From contig JAHFLL010000001.1 in assembly GCA_023244895.1 (NCBI GenBank), positions 681,802 to 745,801 of the forward strand: DNA of 64,000 nucleotides, in the 5' to 3' direction. A program made the position numbers and the translations under genes. Shown here piece after piece: positions 35,942 through 45,926 of the stretch (positions are counted from its first letter, which is position 1; every line of letters begins with the position of its first letter). The stretch comes from Candidatus Liptonbacteria bacterium. GTDB taxonomy: Bacteria; Patescibacteriota; Minisyncoccia; UBA6257; 2-01-FULL-56-20. Under the pieces are notes generated by a model. The model was not told where the DNA came from, did no database searches, and worked only from the letters and a program-made list of their open reading frames with translations.

Positions 35942-36244
35942 TTGTTCAGTTATTATTTACCCATGGGAATTTTAGACGACGCAGTTAATTCCGTTAAAAA
36001 CAGCTTGAAATGGAAGGCTCAAGGCGCGATAAATAGCGGGGTAGAAAAGGGCATCGGTTCCGTGATCTCACGATTCAAAAACAAATGTCCAAAATGCGGC
36101 AAGGCAGTGACGGAAGAGGGCGCGAAATTCTGCCCCAATTGCAGTGCCAACCTAGTTCTTACCTGCAGTAACCCGAACTGTCAGCGCATCTCTCCTATCG
36201 GCACAAAGTTTTGTCCCGCTTGCGGAGGAAAATTAAAGGCCTAA
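35942..36244 (+). CDS. Double zinc-ribbon small protein
   Basis: CPKCGK...CPNCSAN...CSNPNCQ...CPACGG: four CxxC pairs. Confidence 0.6.
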   Translation: MFSYYLPMGILDDAVNSVKNSLKWKAQGAINSGVEKGIGSVISRFKNKCPKCGKAVTEEGAKFCPNCSANLVLTCSNPNCQRISPIGTKFCPACGGKLKA

Positions 36245-36309
36245 AGAACTCGGACGGGGGGTTCAAATAAAATGCCAAGTAGACATAATTTGAGCGCATA
36301 CACTCTAAA

Positions 36310-36552
36310 ATGAATAAAGATGAGTTAGAAAAAACATTAGATAAAATAAGACCTACAATTACCCCTTTTGGCTGTAAGTTGAGCGTTGACAGCATAGATG
36401 GCGACGAGATCAAATTGAAGATGGACTGTCCGCCCCTTGACATGTTCAAGGTGCAGGGCAAGACGGTTAGCATGCAAGACGAGTTTAAAAAGAAAATTAT
36501 AGATCGCATTCAAACCGGCTACGCAAGCGCAAAAGTGACATTTATCCAATAA
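36310..36552 (+). CDS. Small NifU/Nfu C-terminal-domain-like protein (tentative)
   Basis: LDKIRPTITPFGCKLSVDSIDGDEIKLKMDCPP resembles the Nfu pattern IRP...DGGD.ELV...G.C. Confidence 0.4.
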   Translation: MNKDELEKTLDKIRPTITPFGCKLSVDSIDGDEIKLKMDCPPLDMFKVQGKTVSMQDEFKKKIIDRIQTGYASAKVTFIQ

Positions 36553-36556
36553 AACC

Positions 36557-37618
36557 ATGAATCTAAAAAGTTTGAGGTTTAATCTGCCCCCTAGTTGGCG
36601 GGAGATTTCCCGTTCCGGCAATGAAAACCAGCTGGTTTTAAGGTTGTACCACATAAATCCCGTTTCCCAGGTTGATTCCAAAATTTTCCAGGACCAACTG
36701 ATTTCTTCTAGTGACACATCCTCTGTTTCTAAAATAGCGGTTTCTACACCATCTGGAGTGGGTGGTTCTTATGCGGATTTCTTTAAGGGCATGCAAGGAT
36801 TCATAGATAGTGGCTTCGCGCCCGCTCATATGACCTCCAGCTGGTTGAATGATTTTCGCACCAAGGCAACTAAAAGACCCGGGGCGGAGGTGCCGGATGA
36901 ATCTGACCTGACCGGAGACCTCTCTATCGTGCAGAGCAAAACCAAGGACATTGCCGAACAGGTTTTCCAGGGTTATGCCTCCTTCCCGCTCGGCCCCTTC
37001 GGCGGACCGATCCCGGGCGGCCCGGTTTCTAATGGAAAAGCTATGAACTTTATGGATTTGATGGAAAGCGATGCCTTAAAGTCGGTTGTTTCCAAGGAAC
37101 AGCTGGCTCAGATGAATCTGCTGTCAAAAGAGATGAAAAAACAACTGCCCAAAATCCAAGCGGAAGCTAAAAAAACCGGAATGAAATATAGAGAAGAAAA
37201 ATATTTAGGCTACCGGGCTATTTTTTGCGACATGCCCAATCCCAACCCCCCGCCCAAGCCGCCCAGCCCGATTCCCAAGGGTAAGTTTCAAGGCGGAGGC
37301 AGTCGTGGCAACAACGTCACCATTCCCCTACCTAAAGCATCAACCCCCTACTCCAAAACCATAAGCACTTGCCAAGCGGTTATTGTTAAAAATTTCGTGG
37401 TCACGGGCGGCTTACTGGCAGCAGCCTCCTTTCTGCCTCCCGGGAAGACTCCCTGCTACTCGCTCAAAAAAACGGAAAAAAGGACTGAAACTGTGGAGGG
37501 CATAAAGTCAACTTACATCATCGCCTCCGCGAGCACTTACGCGCAAGAAGGATACTTGAATAGAGAGGAAGTGGAAAAGGCGCTGAGTTGTGTTTTCTCT
37601 AAACTAAAAAGTCAGTAG
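36557..37618 (+). CDS. Hypothetical protein (353 aa) with a Pro-rich PNPNPPPKPPSPIP segment
   Basis: Long ORF with average composition and no recognised motifs. Confidence 0.5.
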   Translation: MNLKSLRFNLPPSWREISRSGNENQLVLRLYHINPVSQVDSKIFQDQLISSSDTSSVSKIAVSTPSGVGGSYADFFKGMQGFIDSGFAPAHMTSSWLNDFRTKATKRPGAEVPDESDLTGDLSIVQSKTKDIAEQVFQGYASFPLGPFGGPIPGGPVSNGKAMNFMDLMESDALKSVVSKEQLAQMNLLSKEMKKQLPKIQAEAKKTGMKYREEKYLGYRAIFCDMPNPNPPPKPPSPIPKGKFQGGGSRGNNVTIPLPKASTPYSKTISTCQAVIVKNFVVTGGLLAAASFLPPGKTPCYSLKKTEKRTETVEGIKSTYIIASASTYAQEGYLNREEVEKALSCVFSKLKSQ

Positions 37619-37663
37619 CGCGAATAAGCGCAAGCCCCTCTCAGTCTGGGCCTCCTGGCGAAA

Positions 37664-38356
37664 TTAGCTAACTACTGTCCCCCTAAATTCTCGGCCCTTC
37701 ACTAATTTTTCAAAATTATCCAATTCCCGACCATCTATCACTATCGCGTTTATCTTTGCGCGCATAGCGAGCTTGGTTGCTACCGGATCTACCGGAGCAT
37801 GCATACCCGGATTCCACTTTGTCGGGATAAGCTTGCGGTATTCCTTCCAGCTCATTCCCTCAAATTTTTTGGCTTTGGGGTTTTTGACCGGATCGCTTGA
37901 ATACACAAAGTCCGGCTTGCCCGCTACTATCACTTCTTTTATTTTAAGCTTTTCCGCCATCGCAAAAGCGATATAATCCGTGGACCAGCCCGGATGCCAG
38001 CCGGAAGCGACGGTTATTTTGTATTTTAGTTTTTTGACCTTGTCCGCGCCATCCACCACCACCGGGTCCGCCACGTCCCGAAAAACGGTGCGAATAAGAT
38101 GAGCGTTCAACCTGGTCGCGTGAATACCCAGCCAATCTTTATCTTCGTTGGTAACCTTGGTGAGCGCGCTCGCCGCTTTCTGGTACTCGCGCGCGACTCC
38201 CCCGCCGCCTATAACCACCACTATCTTTTTGCCCGAACGTATCAGGGGTTTTATAAATTTCTGAAATCTCCTTAAAAACTCCACATTCACTCCATCCGGA
38301 CAGACTATTGAGCCACCCAGGCCAATTATTATTTCCGAACCAAATTTATATCTCAT
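37664..38356 (-). CDS. pyrH: Uridylate (UMP) kinase, archaeal type
   Basis: IIIGLGGSIV...VVVIGGGGVAREY and GWHPGWSTDY match archaeal PyrH (GGTHPGHTTDA); amino-acid-kinase fold. Confidence 0.8.
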   Translation of the reverse strand: MRYKFGSEIIIGLGGSIVCPDGVNVEFLRRFQKFIKPLIRSGKKIVVVIGGGGVAREYQKAASALTKVTNEDKDWLGIHATRLNAHLIRTVFRDVADPVVVDGADKVKKLKYKITVASGWHPGWSTDYIAFAMAEKLKIKEVIVAGKPDFVYSSDPVKNPKAKKFEGMSWKEYRKLIPTKWNPGMHAPVDPVATKLAMRAKINAIVIDGRELDNFEKLVKGREFRGTVVS

Positions 38357-39246
38357 GCGACTGGAGTTTCTTCGGGCGAGATCGGAGCGACCGACACTGT
38401 TTCCGCCAGGATTTTCTGAGGCTCAAGATTTATCCAAACACAAACTGCGAAAAGCACCGTAAATAGGATTGGCACGCCGGGCAATCCGACATTTCCCAAA
38501 AAGTTCAAAATAACTCCCAAGGTAACCGCGTGCAAACCGATGCGGTAAGCATAGCCATAGGTCATTTCCACCTTCTTGACTCTAGCGATGAGTAGAACAA
38601 TGAGCGCGCCAAAGAGCAAGAACACCAACTTGGAAAGACTAATGATGTATGCCAAGAATATCAGGATGGCGGTTATGGGTAGAACCACCGGCGTTGCTCG
38701 TTTTACCATTTTGTCAGTTTTATCCGCCAGACCATCCATAAACTGCTTATTGATAACCGTGTTGGGTACATCTTTAAGGGCGGTTACCCTCGTCTCCGCG
38801 CCCTGTTTTACCACCATAGAATCGGAGGTTAGCCAGGCCAGAGTTCTGTATTCCTCCATCTTGCTCAAAGAAAACGGGGTTTTAGTGTCTATGGCAACCA
38901 CATTAGCGAGCTTGCAGAAGTCATCTTCCTTCATCTCGCTTGAAAGATTGCACAGCCCCCGAGGCATCTCCACAAAGTAGGGCTCTTCTACGTTGGTGCT
39001 AGCCCGCCCATCTTGTATTGTAACCGTAAGTTCGGACGGATAGCTGCGCAGGAAAGGCTCCGCCTTTTGCATCAGCGTCTTAACCATGGGCAGAACAAAT
39101 ATTGAAGTGGCCACCGCGGAAACGAAGGCCAATATCAGGACTAAGGAATAAAAATATCTCAGGGAAAACCAGAAGTTTTTGTGTTTTAGCTCGCGATAAA
39201 ACTGCGGAGAGTAGAAACTCTGCTTAAAGACTTGTATAAATTTCAT
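38353..39246 (-). CDS. Membrane protein, possibly of the DUF1189 family
   Basis: N-terminus MKFIQVFKQSFYSPQFYRELKHKNFWFSLRYF followed by TM helices. Confidence 0.55.
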   Translation of the reverse strand: MKFIQVFKQSFYSPQFYRELKHKNFWFSLRYFYSLVLILAFVSAVATSIFVLPMVKTLMQKAEPFLRSYPSELTVTIQDGRASTNVEEPYFVEMPRGLCNLSSEMKEDDFCKLANVVAIDTKTPFSLSKMEEYRTLAWLTSDSMVVKQGAETRVTALKDVPNTVINKQFMDGLADKTDKMVKRATPVVLPITAILIFLAYIISLSKLVFLLFGALIVLLIARVKKVEMTYGYAYRIGLHAVTLGVILNFLGNVGLPGVPILFTVLFAVCVWINLEPQKILAETVSVAPISPEETPVA

Positions 39247-39300
39247 GGCTACTATTATATCATGCCCAACCCAACTTCACCCAACCATCTCGTGGCGCGC

Positions 39301-39852
39301 CTAGTAAGGAATAAGCTGCATAAAATTCATAGCCGACCAACCCGCCACAAGCATAATTAATATGCCCCACGCGACAAACTTTATTTTTTCCATTTCCGGC
39401 AATTTGGAGAGTGGAGACAAACCTACCTCCGCGCCTTGCCGCCACTTCAACTTATAGAGCCAATAGATTAGCAGAAAAAATATATAGACATACGGTGCGA
39501 TTATTGCTGCCGCGTCTAAAAAAACAGAAGGCTCGCCCGAGAAAAGAGCCCACGCTCCCTCTCCTATTGATCCCATCAGAACCAAAAAACCGAATCCATC
39601 TTCGATAGTCAAACTGACCACGGAAAATAAAATTAAGGCCAAAATAAAAGAATATAGCACGTGCCTAGAAACAAAACTCCCCGGCTTTACATCTACTCCT
39701 CTTTCCCTAACTTTTTTAACATCCCTCCACAGCCACAGCATAAAAAACGGCATTAAAATCGAGAGGGCCGATATAAACTGCATTATTTGTTTCATAAACG
39801 TATATGATATTGCTCCAATATTAACTCCCATTATGCGGGACCCCCCAACCAA
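39301..39852 (-). CDS. Small polytopic membrane protein; paralog 1 of a three-member local family
   Basis: Shares the pattern W..R.....R.RG.D..PG......H..YSF.L.LI with the ORFs at 40889-41338 and 42661-43170. Confidence 0.6.
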   Translation of the reverse strand: MVGGSRIMGVNIGAISYTFMKQIMQFISALSILMPFFMLWLWRDVKKVRERGVDVKPGSFVSRHVLYSFILALILFSVVSLTIEDGFGFLVLMGSIGEGAWALFSGEPSVFLDAAAIIAPYVYIFFLLIYWLYKLKWRQGAEVGLSPLSKLPEMEKIKFVAWGILIMLVAGWSAMNFMQLIPY

Positions 39853-39937
39853 ACCTAAACGCCGGACCGATGACTATTTTCTTGTTTACATGTTTTTGTT
39901 ATTTATTGCTACTTATTTGTTATTCATAGTTCAAGCC

Positions 39938-40861
39938 CTATACCTTCATGCCCTGGAGGGCCCGAACCCTATCCTGAATAGGCGGGTGGGTCAAAAATAG
40001 CTTCGCGAAACCGGAAGTCTGCGCCTTGCCCCGGAATGGGTCGGAAAGCCAGAGGTGGGCAGTAGCGTGCCCCGCCGCGCGCATGGGGGTGGGGTCGCTT
40101 GAGATTTTTAGAAGTGCGCTCGCCAAGCCTTCCGGATAACGGGTAAGGAGCGCGCCCGAGGCATCCGCCAAAAACTCGCGCTTACGGGAGATAGCTAATT
40201 GTAAGAGGGTGGCGGCGATGGGTGCCAAAATCACTGCTACGAGCGCCAAGACCGCGAAAAGATTATTCCCTCCCCGGTCGTCATCCCGACTACGCCCCCC
40301 ACCCCAAAACATTGAGCGACTAAAAAAGTCCGAGAGTAGAGAAACAAAACCCACTAAGACCACCGCCACCGTGCCGATCAACATATCCCGATTACCGATA
40401 TGCGACAGTTCGTGGGCCAGAACCCCTTCCAACTCGGAACGGTCCAATTTAGAGAGAAGCCCCTGCGTTACCGCAACCACCGCGTGTTTGGGGTCACGTC
40501 CAGTCGCGAAAGCGTTAGGTTGCTGTTCCGGTACAAGATAAACCCGGGGCATAGGCAGACCGGAAGTGATGGATAGGTTTTCTACGATGCGATATAGCTC
40601 GGGATAGTTCTGCATAGTAACCGGCGCGGCACGGGTGGAAGCCAATACTATTTTGTCGGAATACCAATAACTAGTGAAGCTCATCAAGACGCTGATAATT
40701 ACCGCGACATACAAGATCCCCGGATTGCCGTAGGCCTTGGAAAAAATCCAACCCAATCCGATAACTACAACCAAAAACACACTCATCAAGAGCCAAGTCT
40801 TCGCGATATTAGAAGATTTGTGGGTGTAGAGTGAGGTCATTAAATTATCAGGCAGACGCAA
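39938..40861 (-). CDS. htpX: Zinc metalloprotease HtpX (M48 family)
   Basis: HELSHIGNRD (HExxH motif); TM topology; C-terminal HLWLSDPF...THPP. Confidence 0.85.
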   Translation of the reverse strand: MRLPDNLMTSLYTHKSSNIAKTWLLMSVFLVVVIGLGWIFSKAYGNPGILYVAVIISVLMSFTSYWYSDKIVLASTRAAPVTMQNYPELYRIVENLSITSGLPMPRVYLVPEQQPNAFATGRDPKHAVVAVTQGLLSKLDRSELEGVLAHELSHIGNRDMLIGTVAVVLVGFVSLLSDFFSRSMFWGGGRSRDDDRGGNNLFAVLALVAVILAPIAATLLQLAISRKREFLADASGALLTRYPEGLASALLKISSDPTPMRAAGHATAHLWLSDPFRGKAQTSGFAKLFLTHPPIQDRVRALQGMKV

Positions 40862-40888
40862 AACCGACTTATTATCGCCAAACGGAAG

Positions 40889-41338
40889 CTAGAAAAATAC
40901 ATACCAAGAAAAGAAAAAATATATCGTAGTAACAGCCCAGAATAATATCCCATTGATAGCTGGCAGATTCGCTAGCGGAGGATTCTCTGGACGAACCATC
41001 TTTAGAAGACGAGATCTATATGCATAATGAATCAAGCTAATAATTATAAACCACAACAAGGGGCCAGATACTAAGTTAAATCCGATACCCAAATCACGGG
41101 CCACTTCAGGTCTAAAACCGATAAAAAGATACACTAACCGATACGCTAAATAAGTAGTTAAATTGCCCAAAAAATTTGAAATATTAGTTCCAATAATAAA
41201 AAATGCGATTGGGATAATGTTGGGATAAGTTTCGACGTTCATCGTCCTTATTTTAATCAGGTCTGAACGCTGCCAAATAACAAAAATGTAATATACGACG
41301 ACGAGGCACACCCAAACTGCGGCATAAATACTTACCAT
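40889..41338 (-). CDS. Small polytopic membrane protein; paralog 2
   Basis: Same conserved pattern as 39301-39852 (WQRSDLIKIRTMNVETYPN...). Confidence 0.55.
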   Translation of the reverse strand: MVSIYAAVWVCLVVVYYIFVIWQRSDLIKIRTMNVETYPNIIPIAFFIIGTNISNFLGNLTTYLAYRLVYLFIGFRPEVARDLGIGFNLVSGPLLWFIIISLIHYAYRSRLLKMVRPENPPLANLPAINGILFWAVTTIYFFFSWYVFF

Positions 41339-41342
41339 AAAT

Positions 41343-42683
41343 TTAAATATTGGTTGATTGTTTCTTAAATAGCCGGAAGACCATAAAACCCATCCCCAAG
41401 ACGACCAATACGAGGACCGTGGTCAGAAGCCAAGAGTAGCGCTCGCTAAATGGCCTCTCCAGCCCGGTGGGATATTTATATTGCTCGTTATCATGCTTGT
41501 TTCCCAGACTGAACTTCACCCTTGCGGAAGCGTCAAAATATTGCAAATAATTGTTTAGGTCATACTGCGCGTAGCGGGCGCCGGGATTGCCGTAGTAGAG
41601 CTTATAACTCTTCCCAACTTCATACGGGAAAATAGCCTTGCGCACCGTGCCATAAAGCGTGCCCTTCTCTATTTGAATGGGTTGATTGTCGCGGTTAAAG
41701 ATGGTCAATTTCAGAAAACGATAGTTCTGGTCCGGAAAACGCAATTCCAGCTTGTTGCCGGTAAACTTGGGCGTGCTATAGGAGAAGATAACGTCCCGAT
41801 TGGTAATTATGCTCCAAGCCGTGCCATCGTTCGTCCCCTCCAGCGCCACCTCCCTATTGAAATTAGTGCTGGGCGTCTCTAAAACCAAACGATTTGTCGG
41901 CAAGCCCTTAACTCCCATATCAAGAAGTATAGAGTTGGCCTGCCTGTCTTTTACTTCCGTCCGCTCCACAATCGGAACTTCATAAGAAACCTCTTTGCCG
42001 GCGCCATATGATTCGCGCGAGATGGTCGCGGAAACAATTCCGAGCGGAGCTTCGCCCTTGTCCGAAATCGTAATTCTCAAATAACGGTAAGTGGAGTCGG
42101 TATAAGACAAAGATGTATCGCGCGCCTTAAATTCCAAGGTGTAGTCGTAAATTGAACCGTTCGCAAGCGTAAACCAATTCGCCATATCCGAGCTGCCTTC
42201 CACCTGCATCTCTCGCCGGAAATTAGTGGAGGTAACGCTAAGCTCCACTCGGTTATGAATGAACCCTTCTGCCGCTAAATCTAGAACCAAAAAGGTGCTT
42301 CCTGCCTGGACGCCCTTGTTTAGAATTCTCGCGGAATGAGTCTCACGGGCGAAGGAGGGCGCCTCTACGTCCATCACATACGGTATTTCCCTCTCCCCCG
42401 ACATGATGCGCACATCACTCAAGTCCGACTTGGAACCGGAAAGGACCTCTCCGTCAAAAACAACCTCTCCAAAATCGCCCGATCCGCCACTCGCGGGCAT
42501 AAGTTCCTTTTCATACTTCCAGCCCGCCGAATCAAAATCTGCCAGGGCTGACGAACACGAAAACAAAAGAATCAGTCCTGCAAACAATATATTCCTAGTC
42601 GAACTCCCTGCCCAGTTTTTAAAATATTTCATTTTGTTGATTTTACAAATATTTATTAATTTACAATAGACCGAAAGTAACAA
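41343..42683 (-). CDS. Exported protein of 446 aa with a signal peptide and a C-terminal TM anchor; possibly DUF3999-like
   Basis: N-terminal signal with the lipobox-like LLFSCSS; C-terminal segment WLLTTVLVLVVLGMGFMVF; it sits next to a DUF2339-like gene. Confidence 0.55.
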   Translation of the reverse strand: MLLSVYCKLINICKINKMKYFKNWAGSSTRNILFAGLILLFSCSSALADFDSAGWKYEKELMPASGGSGDFGEVVFDGEVLSGSKSDLSDVRIMSGEREIPYVMDVEAPSFARETHSARILNKGVQAGSTFLVLDLAAEGFIHNRVELSVTSTNFRREMQVEGSSDMANWFTLANGSIYDYTLEFKARDTSLSYTDSTYRYLRITISDKGEAPLGIVSATISRESYGAGKEVSYEVPIVERTEVKDRQANSILLDMGVKGLPTNRLVLETPSTNFNREVALEGTNDGTAWSIITNRDVIFSYSTPKFTGNKLELRFPDQNYRFLKLTIFNRDNQPIQIEKGTLYGTVRKAIFPYEVGKSYKLYYGNPGARYAQYDLNNYLQYFDASARVKFSLGNKHDNEQYKYPTGLERPFSERYSWLLTTVLVLVVLGMGFMVFRLFKKQSTNI

Positions 42684-43170
42684 CTATGGTGTAAATCCAT
42701 GACTTAAAATACGGGATGCCCGGAATGAGCAACATGGCCAGGCCAATAAAGAAAAGAATGTTGTCCGACGGGGGGACAACTGGAAGAGGGAGATTATTAG
42801 ACAAAGGTTCTTTCTTTAGCCTAGCTCGCGAGGAAAGATGGATGATCAGGAAAAAAAACAAGATAAGCGGCATAGCGGCCATGGAATAATTAAGCACGCC
42901 TGATAGATAATCAATACCGTGATAACCCACTACCATAGTTAATAAGTTGAATCCTTCTCCTGAATATATAATGACTGATAATTTGGCTATTAGGCCCAAT
43001 AGAAAAGAATAGATTATGTGCTTAAGCATAAGCTCCCCAGGCCTTATATCTATCCCCTGCAGCCTAAGTCTTTTAAGCTCATCCCATTCTCTCCGCACAT
43101 AACATACAAGAAGGACATACAATATTAGGCGAATAAATGCGGAAAACCAAAGTATATATACCCACGCCAT
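42661..43170 (-). CDS. Small polytopic membrane protein; paralog 3
   Basis: YVRREWDELKRLRLQGIDIRPGELMLKHIIYSFLLGLI parallels paralog 1. Confidence 0.55.
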   Translation of the reverse strand: MAWVYILWFSAFIRLILYVLLVCYVRREWDELKRLRLQGIDIRPGELMLKHIIYSFLLGLIAKLSVIIYSGEGFNLLTMVVGYHGIDYLSGVLNYSMAAMPLILFFFLIIHLSSRARLKKEPLSNNLPLPVVPPSDNILFFIGLAMLLIPGIPYFKSWIYTIVVTFGLL

Positions 43171-43185
43171 GTTTTTTAAATTATA

Positions 43186-45198
43186 CTACAACACCAGTTC
43201 TTTTATTTTTTCCCGGAAGCGATAGTACAGGAAAGAAATCAAAAGCAATATTACGCCCAGACCAATAAAGGAGATGATGCGGTATAAATCCGACAGGGCC
43301 TGCATGTCGTACAGGAACACCTTCAGTATCACCACCAGTAGACCGACTATTCCCAAGATTCGGACAGAACGTATTCTCTTCGCGAACCCCACCAACATCA
43401 GAAACCCGGAATAAAGCCCCCAGATTACCGAAAGAGCTAAGTTCTGTTGATTATGGATGGAATCTATCTGCCGCCAGGTATCTTCCCTGCCAGTGGGGGC
43501 AAAGATGGACGGCTGACGACTAGCTTGGTCCAGCTCATATACCTTCTTATCAAAGATTTGGCTGACCTCCATGCTTAAAGCGAAAACTCCCAAAAGATTA
43601 GCTACCACGCCCATTATCACGGGCATACTACGCTCTCCTTCCTCCAGCTCTTCCCCAGCGCGCGCCAAAAGCCAAGTCGCGCCGAACATCATTAGGATCG
43701 CAAACAAGAAGGTCATGAAACGCTGATTGAAGAATGCCACAGAGTCCCCTATCGCAACCCCGGAGTCCAAATCAAATGCGAATAAACGGATAATGATAAG
43801 AACAAAAACTATATAAGCGAAGGCTCGGATGTTTTGAGACTTAAGAGACAGCCCCGTCCAAATTAGAACCATGGCCTCCGCCGCCCAGGCGATCGTTATC
43901 CAATTAGAACTAAGCTGAATCGGAATCGCCGCGGTCGCAAGCACTAAGCCCACTCCGCCCAAGCCCAAGATACCGACCCTATCTTCTTCGTTGACCACCG
44001 AGAGGACATACGCGCCCAAAATGTAGGCTGCCGCCCAGCCCGCGAAGAAAAAGCCCAGATAGGCGTCAAAATCTGGCTTAAGTAATATGTAGCTGGTTAC
44101 AAAATACGCTCCCGCGTTTATTACCGCCGCGAGAATGTCTTCGTTCTCGGATTTAATCTTGCGGGCCAAGCTCATGACAAACGGACCAATCAGGAATATC
44201 AGGAAATAAATCGTCAACACGAACATAGATGGTCCGAGAAGTGCCTTCTCATAGAACTGAGCCATCCAGGAATAAAAAACAATATAGGTTCCCAAGAAAC
44301 TCAGAAGATAGACCTTGTGCCACTTTTTGAAATAGCTAATCACCAAATAAGTTAGGTCCAATATGGCCAAATAGGTAAAGAGCGCGGGATAGTTGTTCTC
44401 CCCCGAAGACGCGAGGAATGGGGTTAGAAACCCGCCCAGAAGAGACAACGTGGAAAGCCAGACACTATCTTGTTTAATGGCGAGGACTGCGCCTATCAAG
44501 GTCACAATTACCATAAAAACAAACGCTGGAGCCTGAGAAATCAGATGATAGTAGTTAAAGGCGCTGTAAATTGAAAGATATAGTACTGCTAAACCGCCTC
44601 CACTCAAAAAGAAGGAGTATTGCCTGTATCTCTCTCTGCGGGATAAAAAGTCTCCCAGGGCGAGCAGTACCACTCCGCCTAAGAAGCCCAGAATCACCCG
44701 GCCAGTTTCTCCGATGAGATTATTATCAAAAGCGTATTTCAAGAGGAAGGCGACGCCAAAAATAATCGCCAAAATACCCAAGGCCGCAAACCACTTGCCA
44801 GTAATCTTGCTTTCCAATTTTTCCGGTTCCTGGAACTTCTCTGGGCTGATTTCGGAATATGCAGGCGAAAATTTTTCTGCCGTCACAGGTTCAAAGACAT
44901 TGCCCTCCACATAGGTCGTGGCATTTTCCGGCATCTTACTACTGACTCCCAGCTTAGCCTCCAGGCTGCCTAGGCGATTTTCAAGATATTTTAACTGGCT
45001 TTTAATGGATGCTGCTTCCTGGCGTAAATCGGAAGAGGTTCCGGAGGCGGAGACGGAGGCTGTCCCTAAGGAGCTGAGCGCCAGTTGTATGTCTGCCTCT
45101 TTCCAGCCCGCGCTACGCAACTTGTCCGTAATCAAACTAAGCGCTATCCCCTTCTGGAGCTGTTCGCTAATATATTTGACGATATCCGGATTCGCCAT
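43186..45198 (-). CDS. Large polytopic membrane protein (670 aa) with an N-terminal cytoplasmic coiled-coil region; DUF2339-like
   Basis: More than 12 predicted TM helices after a roughly 130-aa soluble N-terminus. Confidence 0.65.
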   Translation of the reverse strand: MANPDIVKYISEQLQKGIALSLITDKLRSAGWKEADIQLALSSLGTASVSASGTSSDLRQEAASIKSQLKYLENRLGSLEAKLGVSSKMPENATTYVEGNVFEPVTAEKFSPAYSEISPEKFQEPEKLESKITGKWFAALGILAIIFGVAFLLKYAFDNNLIGETGRVILGFLGGVVLLALGDFLSRRERYRQYSFFLSGGGLAVLYLSIYSAFNYYHLISQAPAFVFMVIVTLIGAVLAIKQDSVWLSTLSLLGGFLTPFLASSGENNYPALFTYLAILDLTYLVISYFKKWHKVYLLSFLGTYIVFYSWMAQFYEKALLGPSMFVLTIYFLIFLIGPFVMSLARKIKSENEDILAAVINAGAYFVTSYILLKPDFDAYLGFFFAGWAAAYILGAYVLSVVNEEDRVGILGLGGVGLVLATAAIPIQLSSNWITIAWAAEAMVLIWTGLSLKSQNIRAFAYIVFVLIIIRLFAFDLDSGVAIGDSVAFFNQRFMTFLFAILMMFGATWLLARAGEELEEGERSMPVIMGVVANLLGVFALSMEVSQIFDKKVYELDQASRQPSIFAPTGREDTWRQIDSIHNQQNLALSVIWGLYSGFLMLVGFAKRIRSVRILGIVGLLVVILKVFLYDMQALSDLYRIISFIGLGVILLLISFLYYRFREKIKELVL

Positions 45199-45255
45199 AT
45201 TTATTGTTTTATTTTTTAGTTCCTAAGTCCTAAATTCTAAGTTCTAATAACTAAC

Positions 45256-45801
45256 CTAGAAGCTCACCTTCACCGGCTCTTTCTCCGCCGCGGAACTTAC
45301 TTCAAAAAACTTTTCCTCGTGGAAGCCGAACATGCCCGCCAAAAGATTGGTCGGGAATTTCATAACGGCGGTGTTGAGGTCGTTCACGGTGGAATTATAG
45401 AAGCGACGGGAAGCCATCATCTTATTCTCGGTATCAGATAATTCTCTCTGGAGCTCTAAAAAATTAACGTTGGCTTTCAGGTCGGGATAGTTCTCCGCTA
45501 CCGCGAAAAGAGATTTAAGCGTGCCGGACAAAGCGTCTTCCGACTTGGCCCGGTCTAGAGCGGAACCTCCGCTCATCGCCGCCGTTCTGGCCGCAGTCAC
45601 ATTTTCCAGCAGTCCCTTCTCGTGCGCGGCATAGCCTTTTACGGTTTCTACCAGATTGGGAATGAGGTCGTATCTGCGCTTGGACTGGACATCAATATCG
45701 GAAAGCGCCTCCTTGGCCCGATTTTTCAAGGTTACCAGCCGATTGTACATGGTAGCGACCAAGAGAACCAAAACTACGAGGACTATTAATGTATATATCA
45801 T
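45256..45801 (-). CDS. lemA: LemA family protein
   Basis: N-terminal TM helix followed by YNRLVTLKNRAKEALSDIDVQSKRRYDLIPNLVETVKGYAAHE, characteristic of LemA. Confidence 0.85.
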   Translation of the reverse strand: MIYTLIVLVVLVLLVATMYNRLVTLKNRAKEALSDIDVQSKRRYDLIPNLVETVKGYAAHEKGLLENVTAARTAAMSGGSALDRAKSEDALSGTLKSLFAVAENYPDLKANVNFLELQRELSDTENKMMASRRFYNSTVNDLNTAVMKFPTNLLAGMFGFHEEKFFEVSSAAEKEPVKVSF

Positions 45802-45834
45802 ATAGAGAGATTATCATATTTTTGACCTCCAATC

Positions 45835-45869
45835 AAAAACCCCGCCGTCCGGCGGGGTTTTTGATTTAT
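45835..45869. terminator. Bidirectional rho-independent terminator
   Basis: aaaaaccccgccgtccggcggggtttttga. Confidence 0.85.
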
Positions 45870-45926
45870 TCACTCTCCTTTTATTTCCTAACTTCTAAAT
45901 TCTATCTTCTAGCTACTAACTTCTTC

